A stretch of 64,000 nucleotides of DNA from Minisyncoccota bacterium (GCA_035708305.1 DASSSU010000029.1:576-64575); one strand, 5' to 3'. Numbered from the stretch's first letter, positions 32,892 to 43,036 are shown. Translations and numbers: made by a program. The notes: generated by a model from the letters alone, not told the origin.

Positions 32892-34052
32892 ATGCCTCAA
32901 AATCAAAGCAAACGAAAAAAGCTGGTGTATCTCATTACCAAAGCAAACTGGGGCGGGGCACAGCGGTATGTGTACGACTTAGCGGCACACTTTTGCGAAG
33001 ATTTTGATGTGCTCGTGCTCTATGGCGAAAAAGGCCTGCTCGCCGAAAAATTGGAAGAAAAAAATATCCGTGTACGTGAAATCTCGGGACTGCGAAGAGA
33101 TGTTGGGCTTCTCTCGGAAATTCACGCGTTTTGGGAAATCTGGAAAATCCTTCGTGAAGAACAGCCTGATATTTTTCATGTGAACAGCTCGAAAGCGGGA
33201 ATCATGGGCACTTTGGCGGGGAGGCTCATCCGCGTGCCAAGGATTATTTTTACCGCGCATGGCTGGGCGTTTACGGAAGATCGAAGTATTTTTTCCCGCG
33301 CGATTATCTTTCTTCTCCACGTAAAAACCATTTTGCTCTCACATGTGACCATCGCGGTTTCTCAGACGACAAAAGAAGAAATCAGTTTTGTGCCGTTTCT
33401 GGGAAAGAAAATTGTGGTGATACGCAATGGCATTCCTGCGGAAGGTTTTCTTGGGCGTAGTACTGCGCAGGTGGATCTTCAGGAAAAGTTTCCGCAACTC
33501 CAAAAAATTTTTGAAAGCGGCACACTGATCTTTGGATCCGTGGCGGAACTTCATCCAAACAAAAACCTTGCGCTTGCGGTTCGTGCGGTGGTGGAGATCA
33601 TTCGAAACGGTGCAAAGACCGCTTTGGTGGTGATCGGCGAAGGGGAAGAGCGCGCGCGGCTTGAAGCATTGGCGGCAGAACTTAGGGTGCAAGACCACGT
33701 TTTTTTTCCGGGGAAAGTAGAGTTTGCACATCGGTATCTGAAAGCGTTTGATGTGTTTGTTTTGCCGTCCAAAAAAGAAGGCTTGCCGTACGTGCTCTTG
33801 GAGGCGGGTGTGGCGGGGCTGCCGATGGTTGCGAGTGGGGTGGGCGGTATTGGTGAAATTATTGTTGATCAAAGAACTGGCTTACTTTTTCCTTCAGATG
33901 ATGCAAAAAAACTGGAATCGTGCATGCTTTCTTTGTTGAAAAACCCAGCGCAACGTGAAAAGTATGCTGAAGCAGCCCAAAAAAATATATCCGAAAATTT
34001 TTCGCTGGAGAAAATGCTTACTGAGACGCGCCGGGTGTACGAAGATCAATAA
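32892..34052 (+). CDS. Glycosyltransferase family 4 (GT-B)
   Basis: EGLPYVLLEAGVAGLPMVAS...G E(x7)E-type motif. Confidence 0.8.
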   Translation: MPQNQSKRKKLVYLITKANWGGAQRYVYDLAAHFCEDFDVLVLYGEKGLLAEKLEEKNIRVREISGLRRDVGLLSEIHAFWEIWKILREEQPDIFHVNSSKAGIMGTLAGRLIRVPRIIFTAHGWAFTEDRSIFSRAIIFLLHVKTILLSHVTIAVSQTTKEEISFVPFLGKKIVVIRNGIPAEGFLGRSTAQVDLQEKFPQLQKIFESGTLIFGSVAELHPNKNLALAVRAVVEIIRNGAKTALVVIGEGEERARLEALAAELRVQDHVFFPGKVEFAHRYLKAFDVFVLPSKKEGLPYVLLEAGVAGLPMVASGVGGIGEIIVDQRTGLLFPSDDAKKLESCMLSLLKNPAQREKYAEAAQKNISENFSLEKMLTETRRVYEDQ

Positions 34053-34065
34053 TTTTCAAGTACAA

Positions 34066-34458
34066 ATGGAAAAAAAGGATTTTGAACAACTTGTCGTCGA
34101 GGCCTTTGATAATATTCCGGAGAAATTTCGGAAGGAGATCAAAAATGTTGCTCTCACGATCGAAGATGAACCAACGGCGGAAGATTTAGCGCAAAGAAAC
34201 TTGCAACCCAGCTCTCTGCTTCTCGGGCTGTATGTCGGGATTCCAGCGACGGAACGCGGAGCAAATTATGGCATTGGTGCGATTGGTCCGGATGTGATCA
34301 AAATTTTTCAGAAATCAATCGAAAAAGTGGCAGGTGATGATCTCGAACAAATTCGCGAGATAGTGAAAGAAACCGTCTGGCACGAATATGCGCACTACTT
34401 CGGAATGGATGAAGAGGAGGTAAGAAAGTGGGAAAACCAGAAGCGCGAGAAGAAGTGA
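34066..34458 (+). CDS. Zincin-like metallopeptidase family protein (DUF1025/Zincin_1)
   Basis: WHEYAHYFG HExxH motif and the family-typical N-terminal FEQLVVEAFDNIPEKFR. Confidence 0.55.
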   Translation: MEKKDFEQLVVEAFDNIPEKFRKEIKNVALTIEDEPTAEDLAQRNLQPSSLLLGLYVGIPATERGANYGIGAIGPDVIKIFQKSIEKVAGDDLEQIREIVKETVWHEYAHYFGMDEEEVRKWENQKREKK

Positions 34459-34501
34459 GGAACAAAGAAAAATGGCAGAAAATATTTTTTTAAAAAACAA
34501 A

Positions 34502-34530
34502 AACCCGACCAAATGTGATCGGGTTTTTAA
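34502..34530. terminator. Bidirectional terminator hairpin
   Basis: acccga ... tcgggt stem flanked by A- and T-runs. Confidence 0.45.
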
Positions 34531-34549
34531 ATTTGTAAGCTCATTCGGG

Positions 34550-34759
34550 CTATTTTCTGTTGAAACTTTTTTCTTGGAGCTTCTGGTTGATTATTTTTAG
34601 TTCGAAATAGAGTCCACAAAAGAGCAGGAAAGAACCAGTGAGCGTCGATGTGATGATCTCTTCTGTCGACGGATGAGAAAACAAGGCTTCAAAAACCATA
34701 TTTCCCAAACTTCCCATTGCGCTGAGGAAAAAACACCAAGAAAGAAATTCTTTCATCAC
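34550..34759 (-). CDS. Small membrane protein, hypothetical
   Basis: 69-aa ORF with two hydrophobic helices. Confidence 0.3.
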   Translation of the reverse strand: MMKEFLSWCFFLSAMGSLGNMVFEALFSHPSTEEIITSTLTGSFLLFCGLYFELKIINQKLQEKSFNRK

Positions 34760-34830
34760 TGTATCTCCGATCAGCTTGGGAGGGAAGAATACTTCTTTTT
34801 TCTGTAAAAGTCAAATATTCTGGGAAATCA

Positions 34831-34886
34831 GGAAAATAGCTCCATGTCCTTTTCGAAGTTTGTGGGCTTCACGAGAGCTATTTTCC
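34831..34886 (-). repeat. Family-B palindromic element copy 3 (reverse orientation; conserved core cgtgaagcccacaaacttcgaaaaggaca)
   Basis: On the plus strand it reads ggaaaatagctc...cgaagtttgtgggcttcacg...gagctattttcc; the 12-bp outer inverted repeat differs from those of copies 1 and 2. Confidence 0.65.
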
Positions 34887-34935
34887 GATGGGGTGAATAA
34901 AAATTTTTCCGCAATACCGGAAAACATCTACACCT

Positions 34936-37041
34936 TCAGGCTTTATTGCAGAGCTTGATGAGCTCGTTGGTATCAACTGGTTTGGTAAGATGATAATCAA
35001 AGCCAGATTTTTCTGAACTTCTCCTGTCCTCTTCCTGTCCGTAGCCAGTCAAGGCGATGAGTGTGCCGGTAAAGTGCAGTTCCTCACGAATGATTTTTGC
35101 CAAATCGTGACCGTTCATGTCAGGTAATCCAATATCGAGAAGAATAACATCGGGCCCAAATTGCGCCGCTTTTTCTTTTGCCTCTGCAGCAGTATACACA
35201 CTCATTGTTTCGAAACCTGCCTTCCGGTGGAGAAGTTTGGCAGTGGTATCGGCAGCAGCAGTGTTGTCATCGACAATGAGAATACTTTTTCCAATCTTTT
35301 GGTTTTCAACGTTTCCTTTCAGCTTTTTTTGGGAACTTTTTTCTTCTTTGGGAGCCGGCAAAGCAAGGCTTGATGTTCCCAGCGAAAAAAGCGGCAATGA
35401 AACAGTGAATTCCGTACCGGTTCCTCTGCCTTCGCTTTTGGCGGCAATGTTCCCGTCGTGCATTTCAACGAGATTTTTCGTGAGTGCCAAGCCGATGCCG
35501 AGTCCTTCGCGGTAGTGATTTTCTGAGGCGGTTTGCAAAAAAGGCTGAAAAATACGTTCCAGTTCTGGCTTTTCGATGCCAATTCCGTTATCACGTATGT
35601 TGATTCTTGCACTTCCGGATTCTTTTTCCGCACTCATGAAAACCTTTCCGCCCGGTTCAGTAAACTTTATAGCATTGTCGAGCAGGTTTTCAAAAATTTG
35701 TCCGATACGTATCGGATCGCCGATGGTTTGAAGCGGCTCTGAAGGAAGCGTGGTGATGATTTGAATATTTTTTTTCACCGCGCGGCTTGCCATAGATCTG
35801 ACGGAAAGGCTGATGATCTCGCGGATGTCAACGGACTCTTTTTGAAGCAGGAGCTTTTGTTTTGAAATGCGCCCGACATCCAGAAGATCGTCCAAGAGCC
35901 GACTGATGGTTTTTGCTCGAGACTGGATCAGTTCATATGCTTCATGCTCTTCCTTGCTTTTGGTTTTTTTCATTTGGAGAAGCTCCACCGAACTCATGAT
36001 CGGTGCAAGTGGGTTTCGCAGCTCGTGGGCGAGTACGGAAATAAAATTACTTTTTGCCTCGTCTTCCATGCGGATGCGTTTCAGTGCCTTTTCCAGCTGA
36101 TCGACCTGTTCTTTCAGGTGGCCGAGTGCGGTGCGTCGGTCTTGCCCGAGCGAGACGATAATGAAAAAGATGACCGAAAGAGAGATGACCAGGATCTCAA
36201 TTCCATAGAGCATGCCTCCCATGTCCGAAATGTTTTGGTGGACACCAAATATGGTCCCAAGAAGAGCAAGAACAGTGAGAGAGAGCATGCCAAACGCGGT
36301 GACACGCGAACCGAGCCGAAGCGCCATCCACATCATGAGAAACAGCCCCAGATAGCCCAAAAAAGTATCTAAATATCGAAATTCATCCGTCCACCAGAAA
36401 AAAACATTTCCGATAATAAAAATCGTAAGCACCGCCCAAATTTCGATTGGACGATCAAATTGCAGAACTTTTTTTGAACTGAAACGAATAATGGCAAGAG
36501 CGACGATAAGCAAGCTGATGAGAATTCCTACCCACCAGTGCATCCAGGAAAAAATTGGCAAGGGCGTTCCCAAAACAGCGTACTCAAGGTACCATGCGCC
36601 GTAACCCACAGTAGGAATGATGAATGAAATGAGAAGGGTGGTACCCAAGAACGCCATCATGTCGCGCACATGCCCGAGCGTGTAGCCGAAATTAAAGCGT
36701 CTCAAAAGGTATGCACCCAAAAGAGAGGTGAGAGTATACGCCAGTGGAAGAAGCAAAAGAGGAATAAAAGGAAATCCGTTTATGGTGAAGCTCAAGATTC
36801 CGGCAAGAAAAATGGCGGGCCAGAGAGAGATGTCTAAAATGACAAGTCCGGCAAAAGCGACACCGGCAGCGGGGGAGACGATAGCCGGGTTAATAAAAAG
36901 CGAAAAGCCAATTTGAAGTGCGGCGAGAAAAGCTAAAAAAAGTATCGCAAATTGAAGTGCATACTTGTTTTTTCGCATTTTTGGGGTTTCGTTTGGAGTG
37001 CTTTTCGTCCAAAAATCTTCCAGATGCGGAGTGAATTGCAT
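34936..37041 (-). CDS. Hybrid sensor histidine kinase / response regulator with a large N-terminal polytopic membrane sensor
   Basis: H-box VLAHELRNPL, the HATPase N/G boxes, and a C-terminal receiver domain (LIVDDN ... DIGLPDMNG); a TTG alternative start exists at 37080. Confidence 0.8.
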   Translation of the reverse strand: MQFTPHLEDFWTKSTPNETPKMRKNKYALQFAILFLAFLAALQIGFSLFINPAIVSPAAGVAFAGLVILDISLWPAIFLAGILSFTINGFPFIPLLLLPLAYTLTSLLGAYLLRRFNFGYTLGHVRDMMAFLGTTLLISFIIPTVGYGAWYLEYAVLGTPLPIFSWMHWWVGILISLLIVALAIIRFSSKKVLQFDRPIEIWAVLTIFIIGNVFFWWTDEFRYLDTFLGYLGLFLMMWMALRLGSRVTAFGMLSLTVLALLGTIFGVHQNISDMGGMLYGIEILVISLSVIFFIIVSLGQDRRTALGHLKEQVDQLEKALKRIRMEDEAKSNFISVLAHELRNPLAPIMSSVELLQMKKTKSKEEHEAYELIQSRAKTISRLLDDLLDVGRISKQKLLLQKESVDIREIISLSVRSMASRAVKKNIQIITTLPSEPLQTIGDPIRIGQIFENLLDNAIKFTEPGGKVFMSAEKESGSARINIRDNGIGIEKPELERIFQPFLQTASENHYREGLGIGLALTKNLVEMHDGNIAAKSEGRGTGTEFTVSLPLFSLGTSSLALPAPKEEKSSQKKLKGNVENQKIGKSILIVDDNTAAADTTAKLLHRKAGFETMSVYTAAEAKEKAAQFGPDVILLDIGLPDMNGHDLAKIIREELHFTGTLIALTGYGQEEDRRSSEKSGFDYHLTKPVDTNELIKLCNKA

Positions 37042-37194
37042 AGAATGTTTCCATTCTATAGAAGGAAAATAAAGAGTCAATGAAGGTGAGGGATGGAAAT
37101 TTTTTTGTGAATTTCATTTACTCGGACTTGAAGTCCCTCACGCGAGGCAAGAAGTTGCCTCGCTCTCCGGCACTGCGTTCACTTTGTTCACTTG

Positions 37195-37276
37195 TGCCGG
37201 AGGAGGGACTTGAACCCTCAAGCCTTGCGGCATGCGATTTTGAGTCGCACATGGTTACCAATTTCATCACTCCGGC
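37195..37276 (-). tRNA. tRNA-Leu (anticodon CAA) with a long variable arm; CCA not encoded
   Basis: Reverse complement reads GCCGGAGTGATGAAATTGGTAACC...CTCAAAA...GGGTTCAAGTCCCTCCTCCGGCA. Confidence 0.8.
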
Positions 37277-37380
37277 AGGAATGTCTTTGCAGAAACATTG
37301 TAGCCATTTTGTCTAAAAAAATCAATTTTTGCGGATTTTTCAACATTTTTTTCATCTTCAAAGTGTGTTAAAATGCCTGC

Positions 37381-38895
37381 ATGAAGAATTACCTGAATGA
37401 TTCTATTTTTTGGATTGAAGTTGAAAAAATTCAGCCCAACCCGTATCAGCCGCGACGGGATTTTAACGAAGATGCTCTGAATGATCTCGCAGACTCTATC
37501 CGACAGTATGGGATTTTACAGCCACTGGTGGTGACGCGAAAAGAAGAAGAAAAAGAAGATGGAGGCATTCGCGTGACGTATGAACTCATCGCAGGAGAAC
37601 GACGCCTGCGCGCTTCGAAGATCGCGGGAATTGCACAGGTTCCGGCAGTGATCCGTTCTGCGCCGGAAGATCCAAAAGCAAAACTTGAGCTTGCCATCAT
37701 CGAAAACCTTCAACGCGAAGACCTGAACCCGGTGGACCGCGCTCGAGCATTTGCGCGCTTGGTGGAGGAGTTTGGCTTCAAGCACAGCGAAGTAGCGAAG
37801 AAAGTGGGTCGCAGTCGTGAGTATGTTTCCAACACGCTTCGGCTTTTGGATCTTCCCGAAGAGGTTTTGGTGGCAGTTCGCCAAGGGAAAATCACGGAAG
37901 GACATGCGCGTACGGTGATGATGCTTGCCGATCGTCCGGATGAGCAAAAAGTTCTTTTTAAAGAAATTCTTTATAAGAAACTTTCGGTTCGGGAAGCAGA
38001 AGCGATCGCGCGGGAAATTGCTCATGACCGCGTACGGAAGAAAAAGTACGTTCCGGATCCGGAAATTTCCGCTCTGGAAGGGAGACTTTCCAATTCTTTA
38101 GGAACGCGCGTTCACATCGAGCGGCGCGAAAATGGTGGAAAATTGGTGATCGACTTTTTCACAAAGAATGATCTTGAAGATATTTTGGAACTGATCAAAT
38201 CCAATAAAATTAACGGGAAAGATGCATTCATGGAACGGTTCATTCAAAGCCAGGCGGGTGCGGGAAAATCTGAAGAGAAAACTGAAGGCATGAGTGAAGA
38301 AATGAAAACGGAAGAGAAAAGCACGCCGGCTTTTGAGGAAAGAAGATATTCGTACCCAAACTCAAGTGAAGTGGAGCCGGAATTAAAGCCTTGGATGCAT
38401 CCTGAAGTTTCAGCGGAAATGCCAGAGGAAAGTCTTCCGGCAGTGGAAAGTCCAAAGTCTTTGAGTGAACATCCGCAGGAACGCCATCTTGAAGATCTAG
38501 AAACGCTTCCGATGCAAATGGATGAGCCGATGCCGCAAGAACTTCAGGACATTTCAGACCAAAACCTGAATCAAAATATATATCCAAACCCAAGTTCAGG
38601 TTCAAATCCAAACGTAAATCTCTCTCCGCATAACTTTGATCGTTTTCAAACTCCTCCAAACTTCCAGGCTGAAGAATTCCGAAAAGACATGCCTTCTCAG
38701 AGTCAAGAGAAGGGAACTGGAATTTACGGAGAAAACATCGAAAGTCATGAGCAGAATGTTCCAGAGCCGGTGCGCTCGGAAAGACAAATACAGCAAGAGC
38801 AAAACTGGAATGAAGATCCGGAAATTGAAAAGCAGCAAAAACGAAACAACGGCGAAGATGATGACTTGTATTCTGTCAAAAATTTCACCATTTAG
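37381..38895 (+). CDS. ParB/Spo0J-family CTPase domain protein with a ~250-aa acidic P/Q/N/E-rich disordered C-terminal extension; no parA neighbour
   Basis: ParB box II GERRLRAS and an HTH region, then a low-complexity tail. Confidence 0.8.
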   Translation: MKNYLNDSIFWIEVEKIQPNPYQPRRDFNEDALNDLADSIRQYGILQPLVVTRKEEEKEDGGIRVTYELIAGERRLRASKIAGIAQVPAVIRSAPEDPKAKLELAIIENLQREDLNPVDRARAFARLVEEFGFKHSEVAKKVGRSREYVSNTLRLLDLPEEVLVAVRQGKITEGHARTVMMLADRPDEQKVLFKEILYKKLSVREAEAIAREIAHDRVRKKKYVPDPEISALEGRLSNSLGTRVHIERRENGGKLVIDFFTKNDLEDILELIKSNKINGKDAFMERFIQSQAGAGKSEEKTEGMSEEMKTEEKSTPAFEERRYSYPNSSEVEPELKPWMHPEVSAEMPEESLPAVESPKSLSEHPQERHLEDLETLPMQMDEPMPQELQDISDQNLNQNIYPNPSSGSNPNVNLSPHNFDRFQTPPNFQAEEFRKDMPSQSQEKGTGIYGENIESHEQNVPEPVRSERQIQQEQNWNEDPEIEKQQKRNNGEDDDLYSVKNFTI

Positions 38896-38916
38896 ACTGC
38901 TGAATTTTTAAAAAAA

Positions 38917-38946
38917 GAAAAATTCCATAATCAGATGGAATTTTTT
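38917..38946. terminator. Bidirectional AT-rich hairpin terminator between parB-like (plus strand) and relA (minus strand)
   Basis: Perfect gaaaaattccat / atggaatttttt stem. Confidence 0.5.
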
Positions 38947-38958
38947 TTATGAAAATTT

Positions 38959-40437
38959 TTAATGAGCTTTCTGATGCTGAAGTGCAGAGCGGATGTGTCG
39001 CTGAGCAAGCGCGGTCTTGGTGCTCTTCATCCATTTTTCTGTTGGCCGGGCGTTTCTTTTGGTAATGACTTCTACAATGTCGCCGTTTTTGAGCTTAGTA
39101 TCAATCGAAAGAAATTTTCCGTTGATCTTTGCACCGACGATATGATCGCCGATGTCGGAATGAATCGAGTAGGCGAGATCGATCGGACTGGAACCTTCTG
39201 GAAGGTCGATCACATCGTTCTTGGGGGTGAAGACAAAAATCCGATCTTCAAAAAAATCTGTTTTCAGATTTTCGAGAAAAACACCTGATTCTTCCACATT
39301 TTTCTGCCGTTCTACCAACTCTTCGATCCAGAGCAGGTTTTTCTTGAGCTGATCACCTTTTTTGCGCCCCAGACCTTCTTTGTAGAGGGTGTGCGAGGCG
39401 ATCCCGTATTCTGCTTCTTCGTGCATTTTTTGTGTGCGGATCTGTATTTCGATCACGCCACCATCGCCGATAAAAATATTGGTATGAATGCTCTGGTAGC
39501 CGTTTGGCTTTGGGGTGGCGATGTAGTCTTTGATCCTGCCAGGAAGCGGGCGCCACAGACCATGCACGATCCCGAGCACGCGGTAGCAATCTTCTACAGA
39601 ATTTACAATCACACGAATGGCGATCAGGTCATACACCTTGTCGATGTCCATGTCGTGGCGCAAAAGTTTTTTGTAGAGGCTGTACACGCCTTTAATGCGT
39701 TTGGAAGTTTGAGCATCTTTCAGGCCGTCTTCCGCCAGTTTTTGCTTGAGGGTGCGATAGACTTTTTGAAGCGGCTTTTCTCCCGCTTTGCTTTTTTGCT
39801 TCAGCAGTTTTTTTACTTCCTCGTATTCTTCCGGGTACGCGAAAGGGAAAGAATACTCTTCCAGCTCACCCTTGAGTTTTCCCATACCGAGACGGTTGGC
39901 AAGCGGAGCGTAAATTTCGAGTGTTTCCATGGCAATGCGTTTCTGTTTGTCTTTGCGGACGTATCTGAGAGTACTGACGTTGTGCAGACGGTCGGCAAAC
40001 TTGATGATCAGCACGCGGATGTCTTTGGAGGAAGCAATGAAAAGTTTGCGCAAACTCTCTGTGTGCCGTTTCACTCCCTGATATCGGTAGGTTCCAAGTT
40101 TCGTGACTCCTTCCACTAAAAAAAGAATTTTTTCGCCAAAAAGATCGCGCAGTTCTTCTTTGGTTGTTTCTGTGTCTTCAAGGGTATCGTGCAAAAACCC
40201 GGCGGCAATGGTTTCTGCATCTGCTCCAAAGCCGGCAAGGTTGAGCGCCGTGGCATAGACGTGGTTGAAATACGGTTCTCCCGAAAAGCGCTTCTGTCCG
40301 TCATGTGCTTTTTCCGCAAAAAAATACGCACGCTTGAGAAGCATTTGCTCTTCTTCGGACGGAGTACGCTTCATCTCGGAAAAGAGTTTCTGGAGCTCTG
40401 CCTGGCTGTTGCGAAGGTTGCGGTACAGGATTTTCAT
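38959..40437 (-). CDS. Bifunctional (p)ppGpp synthetase/hydrolase, short form (HD + synthetase + TGS, no ACT)
   Basis: HD motif HDTLEDT, a synthetase domain, and C-terminal TGS. Confidence 0.85.
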   Translation of the reverse strand: MKILYRNLRNSQAELQKLFSEMKRTPSEEEQMLLKRAYFFAEKAHDGQKRFSGEPYFNHVYATALNLAGFGADAETIAAGFLHDTLEDTETTKEELRDLFGEKILFLVEGVTKLGTYRYQGVKRHTESLRKLFIASSKDIRVLIIKFADRLHNVSTLRYVRKDKQKRIAMETLEIYAPLANRLGMGKLKGELEEYSFPFAYPEEYEEVKKLLKQKSKAGEKPLQKVYRTLKQKLAEDGLKDAQTSKRIKGVYSLYKKLLRHDMDIDKVYDLIAIRVIVNSVEDCYRVLGIVHGLWRPLPGRIKDYIATPKPNGYQSIHTNIFIGDGGVIEIQIRTQKMHEEAEYGIASHTLYKEGLGRKKGDQLKKNLLWIEELVERQKNVEESGVFLENLKTDFFEDRIFVFTPKNDVIDLPEGSSPIDLAYSIHSDIGDHIVGAKINGKFLSIDTKLKNGDIVEVITKRNARPTEKWMKSTKTALAQRHIRSALQHQKAH

Positions 40438-40732
40438 GTTGGTGGTCTTTACATTCTCGATTTTGATACTATACTACTTTTGGTCCCATTTCAAAAGGAG
40501 GTGTTATTTTGTGTAATGCTGGTTTACAACCGAAAATCAGAGGCTGGGCTCTTTGCCGTTGTCACCGCGAACCTGCGGTTTGGAATTCAAAATACGAACG
40601 ATGGCAGTGCGCCCGGAATACTGATCGAAAGTGTGTAAGAGTAAAATCAGAAAAGGAGCAAAATGGGGAAACATGTCGAAGATATCATCAGAGACAGAGA
40701 AAAAAATAAAGAATAAAAACAAGAATCAAGAA

Positions 40733-40771
40733 GAAAAGCCCCGACATGATCGGGGCTTTTGATTTTTTTTG
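40733..40771. terminator. Rho-independent terminator (bidirectional) downstream of topA
   Basis: Stem aaagccccga/tcggggcttt with T-runs. Confidence 0.6.
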
Positions 40772-40825
40772 AAGAAGGCTTACCAAAATGACCGCGCACG
40801 CAAAGCAGTTTACATGCTTCCAGTA

Positions 40826-43036
40826 CTATTTATTTAGCTTGTGCGGGTTGTGGTTCGGACATGTCTTATCGCTGCATCGTTCGGGAATCGTCTTCGTGCC
40901 TTCCATCATGAGGGCGCCGCACTTTTCGCCGTTTTCGCGGATGTAGTCACAGTATCTTCCCGTCGGCTTTGCCTTGATCGCGTACTTGCACTTTGGATAA
41001 TTGCTGCAGCCATAGAAAACACCAAAGCGCCCGCGCCGTTCTGCCATTTCGCCTTTCCCACAGACCGGGCAGAGAACACCGGTTTTTTTCTTCGCTTCCT
41101 CTTCTTCATCCTGCTTCACAAATTTGCATTTTGGATAATTTTCGCATGAGATGAAAAAACCAAAACGTCCCTCGCGTTTGACGAGTTCGCCGCCGCATTC
41201 CGGACATTTCTCACCGATCTTCTTCGGTCCCTCAAGCACGTCGCCTTCCGCGGTTCGTGCGCCAGTGCACTCGGGGAAGCGTGAACAACTCATAAACTTG
41301 CCGTTCCGTGCGAGTTTCCAGACCATTCCCGCGCCGCATTCCGGGCACTTGAACTCTTCCGGTGCGTCTCCCATGTTTGTGATTTTTTCCGCATCCTTTT
41401 TGGATTCCACCTGTTTATGAAACGGACCGTAAAAATTGGAGAGGATTTTGGTGTATTCTTTTTCTCCTGAAGCGATTTTGTCGAGATCCTCTTCCATTTC
41501 GGCGGTAAACTCGTCGCCAATGATGTTGTCAAAATGTTTTTCCAAAAATCCGGATACCACCTCTCCCGTGTCGGTCGGGCGAAGCGCTTTGCCTTCTTTC
41601 TCCACATACCCGCGGCTGATGATGGTGCTGATGATGGTGGCGTAAGTTGACGGGCGGCCAATTCCGCGCTTTTCGAGTTCTTTCACCAAGCCGGCTTCCG
41701 AGTAGCGGTGCGGCGGCTGGGTTTCTTTTTGCTCGGATTCAATAGAAATGAGATCAAGCGGATCTCCTGCGGCAACTTTCGGCAGCTCCACATCCTCGCC
41801 GCGCGAACCCGGATCTGCGAGAAACCACCCCGGGAAAAGTGTGCGCGAACCATTTGAGACAAAATCTGGAACTAAATCACTCTCAATGTTCGCGGTAATC
41901 TTGGTTTTCAGAAGTTTTGCGTCCGCCATTTGTGAAGCAACGGTTCGCTGCCAGATCAGCTGATAGAGCGCTTTTTGTTCGGCGTTCATGCCGAGATTTT
42001 GTTTGCCAGCGTTGGTGGGGCGGATAGCTTCATGTGCTTCCTGTGCGCCCTTGCTTTTTGTTTTAAATGTTCGCGGCGAGACGTATTCTTTGCCGTAGAC
42101 GTTTTCGATTTCATGCAAAATCTGTCCAACCGCTTGCTTGGAAAGAACCGTGCTGTCGGTGCGCATGTAGGTGATGTGTCCCGCTTCGTAGAGTCGCTGA
42201 GCGATGCGCATGGTGCGGGAAGGGGAAAACCCGAGCCGGGTACTCGCTGCCTGCTGAAGCGTGGAGGTGGTGAACGGCGCACGCGGGGAGCGCTTTGCAT
42301 CGCTTTCTTTTACATTTTTCACACTCCAGGATTCTTTTCTCCCGCGGGAGAGGATTGTTTCCATTTCTTTTTCATCGGTCGGCTCTTTGCTGCACACGAG
42401 CGGAAAGTCAAATCCGGCCTTGGTTTTGGTTTTTGCCGTGATGGTCCAGAAAATTTCCGGAATAAACGCGCGGATCTCGCGTTCACGCTCTACAATGATC
42501 CGAAGTGCAGGAGACTGCACGCGTCCGGCAGAGAGTCCGTAGCGAACCTTCTTCCAGATCAGTCCGGAGAGATCATACCCAACAAGACGGTCCAGCACGC
42601 GCCGCGCCTCCTGGGCGCTTTTGAGATCCATGTCGATCTTTCGCGGATGTGCAGCCGCGTCTTGTACTGCATCTTTGGTGATTTCGTGAAAAACGATCCG
42701 CTTCGGGTCCTTCAGCTTGAGCACCTCGGCAATGTGCCAGGCGATGGCCTCACCTTCGCGGTCGGGGTCAGTCGCGAGAATCACTTCACTTGCTCCGGAG
42801 GAGAGTTTTTGAAGTTCGTGAATCACCTTCGCTTTTTTCTCAAGCGTTTCATAGTGCGGCAAAAAACCGCCCGGGATGTCAATGGCTTTTTTGTTGGACT
42901 TCGGAAGATCGCGCACGTGCCCTACCGAAGAGCGCACGATATAATCGCTCCCGAGGTATTTTTCGATCGTTTTCGCCTTTGCGGGAGACTCAACGATCAC
43001 GAGTTTTTTCTTTTTGGTGAACTGGGTCATGAGCAC
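40826..43036 (-). CDS. topA: DNA topoisomerase I with C-terminal zinc ribbons
   Basis: Toprim motif VIVESPAKAKTI, catalytic Tyr region, and multiple C-x2-C ... C-x2-C ribbons. Confidence 0.9.
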   Translation of the reverse strand: MLMTQFTKKKKLVIVESPAKAKTIEKYLGSDYIVRSSVGHVRDLPKSNKKAIDIPGGFLPHYETLEKKAKVIHELQKLSSGASEVILATDPDREGEAIAWHIAEVLKLKDPKRIVFHEITKDAVQDAAAHPRKIDMDLKSAQEARRVLDRLVGYDLSGLIWKKVRYGLSAGRVQSPALRIIVEREREIRAFIPEIFWTITAKTKTKAGFDFPLVCSKEPTDEKEMETILSRGRKESWSVKNVKESDAKRSPRAPFTTSTLQQAASTRLGFSPSRTMRIAQRLYEAGHITYMRTDSTVLSKQAVGQILHEIENVYGKEYVSPRTFKTKSKGAQEAHEAIRPTNAGKQNLGMNAEQKALYQLIWQRTVASQMADAKLLKTKITANIESDLVPDFVSNGSRTLFPGWFLADPGSRGEDVELPKVAAGDPLDLISIESEQKETQPPHRYSEAGLVKELEKRGIGRPSTYATIISTIISRGYVEKEGKALRPTDTGEVVSGFLEKHFDNIIGDEFTAEMEEDLDKIASGEKEYTKILSNFYGPFHKQVESKKDAEKITNMGDAPEEFKCPECGAGMVWKLARNGKFMSCSRFPECTGARTAEGDVLEGPKKIGEKCPECGGELVKREGRFGFFISCENYPKCKFVKQDEEEEAKKKTGVLCPVCGKGEMAERRGRFGVFYGCSNYPKCKYAIKAKPTGRYCDYIRENGEKCGALMMEGTKTIPERCSDKTCPNHNPHKLNK

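Noticed and set aside
37127-37200. Integrative-element att site at tRNA-Leu
   Set aside because: The duplicated tRNA 3' segment is inverted, not direct, and no integrase is nearby.
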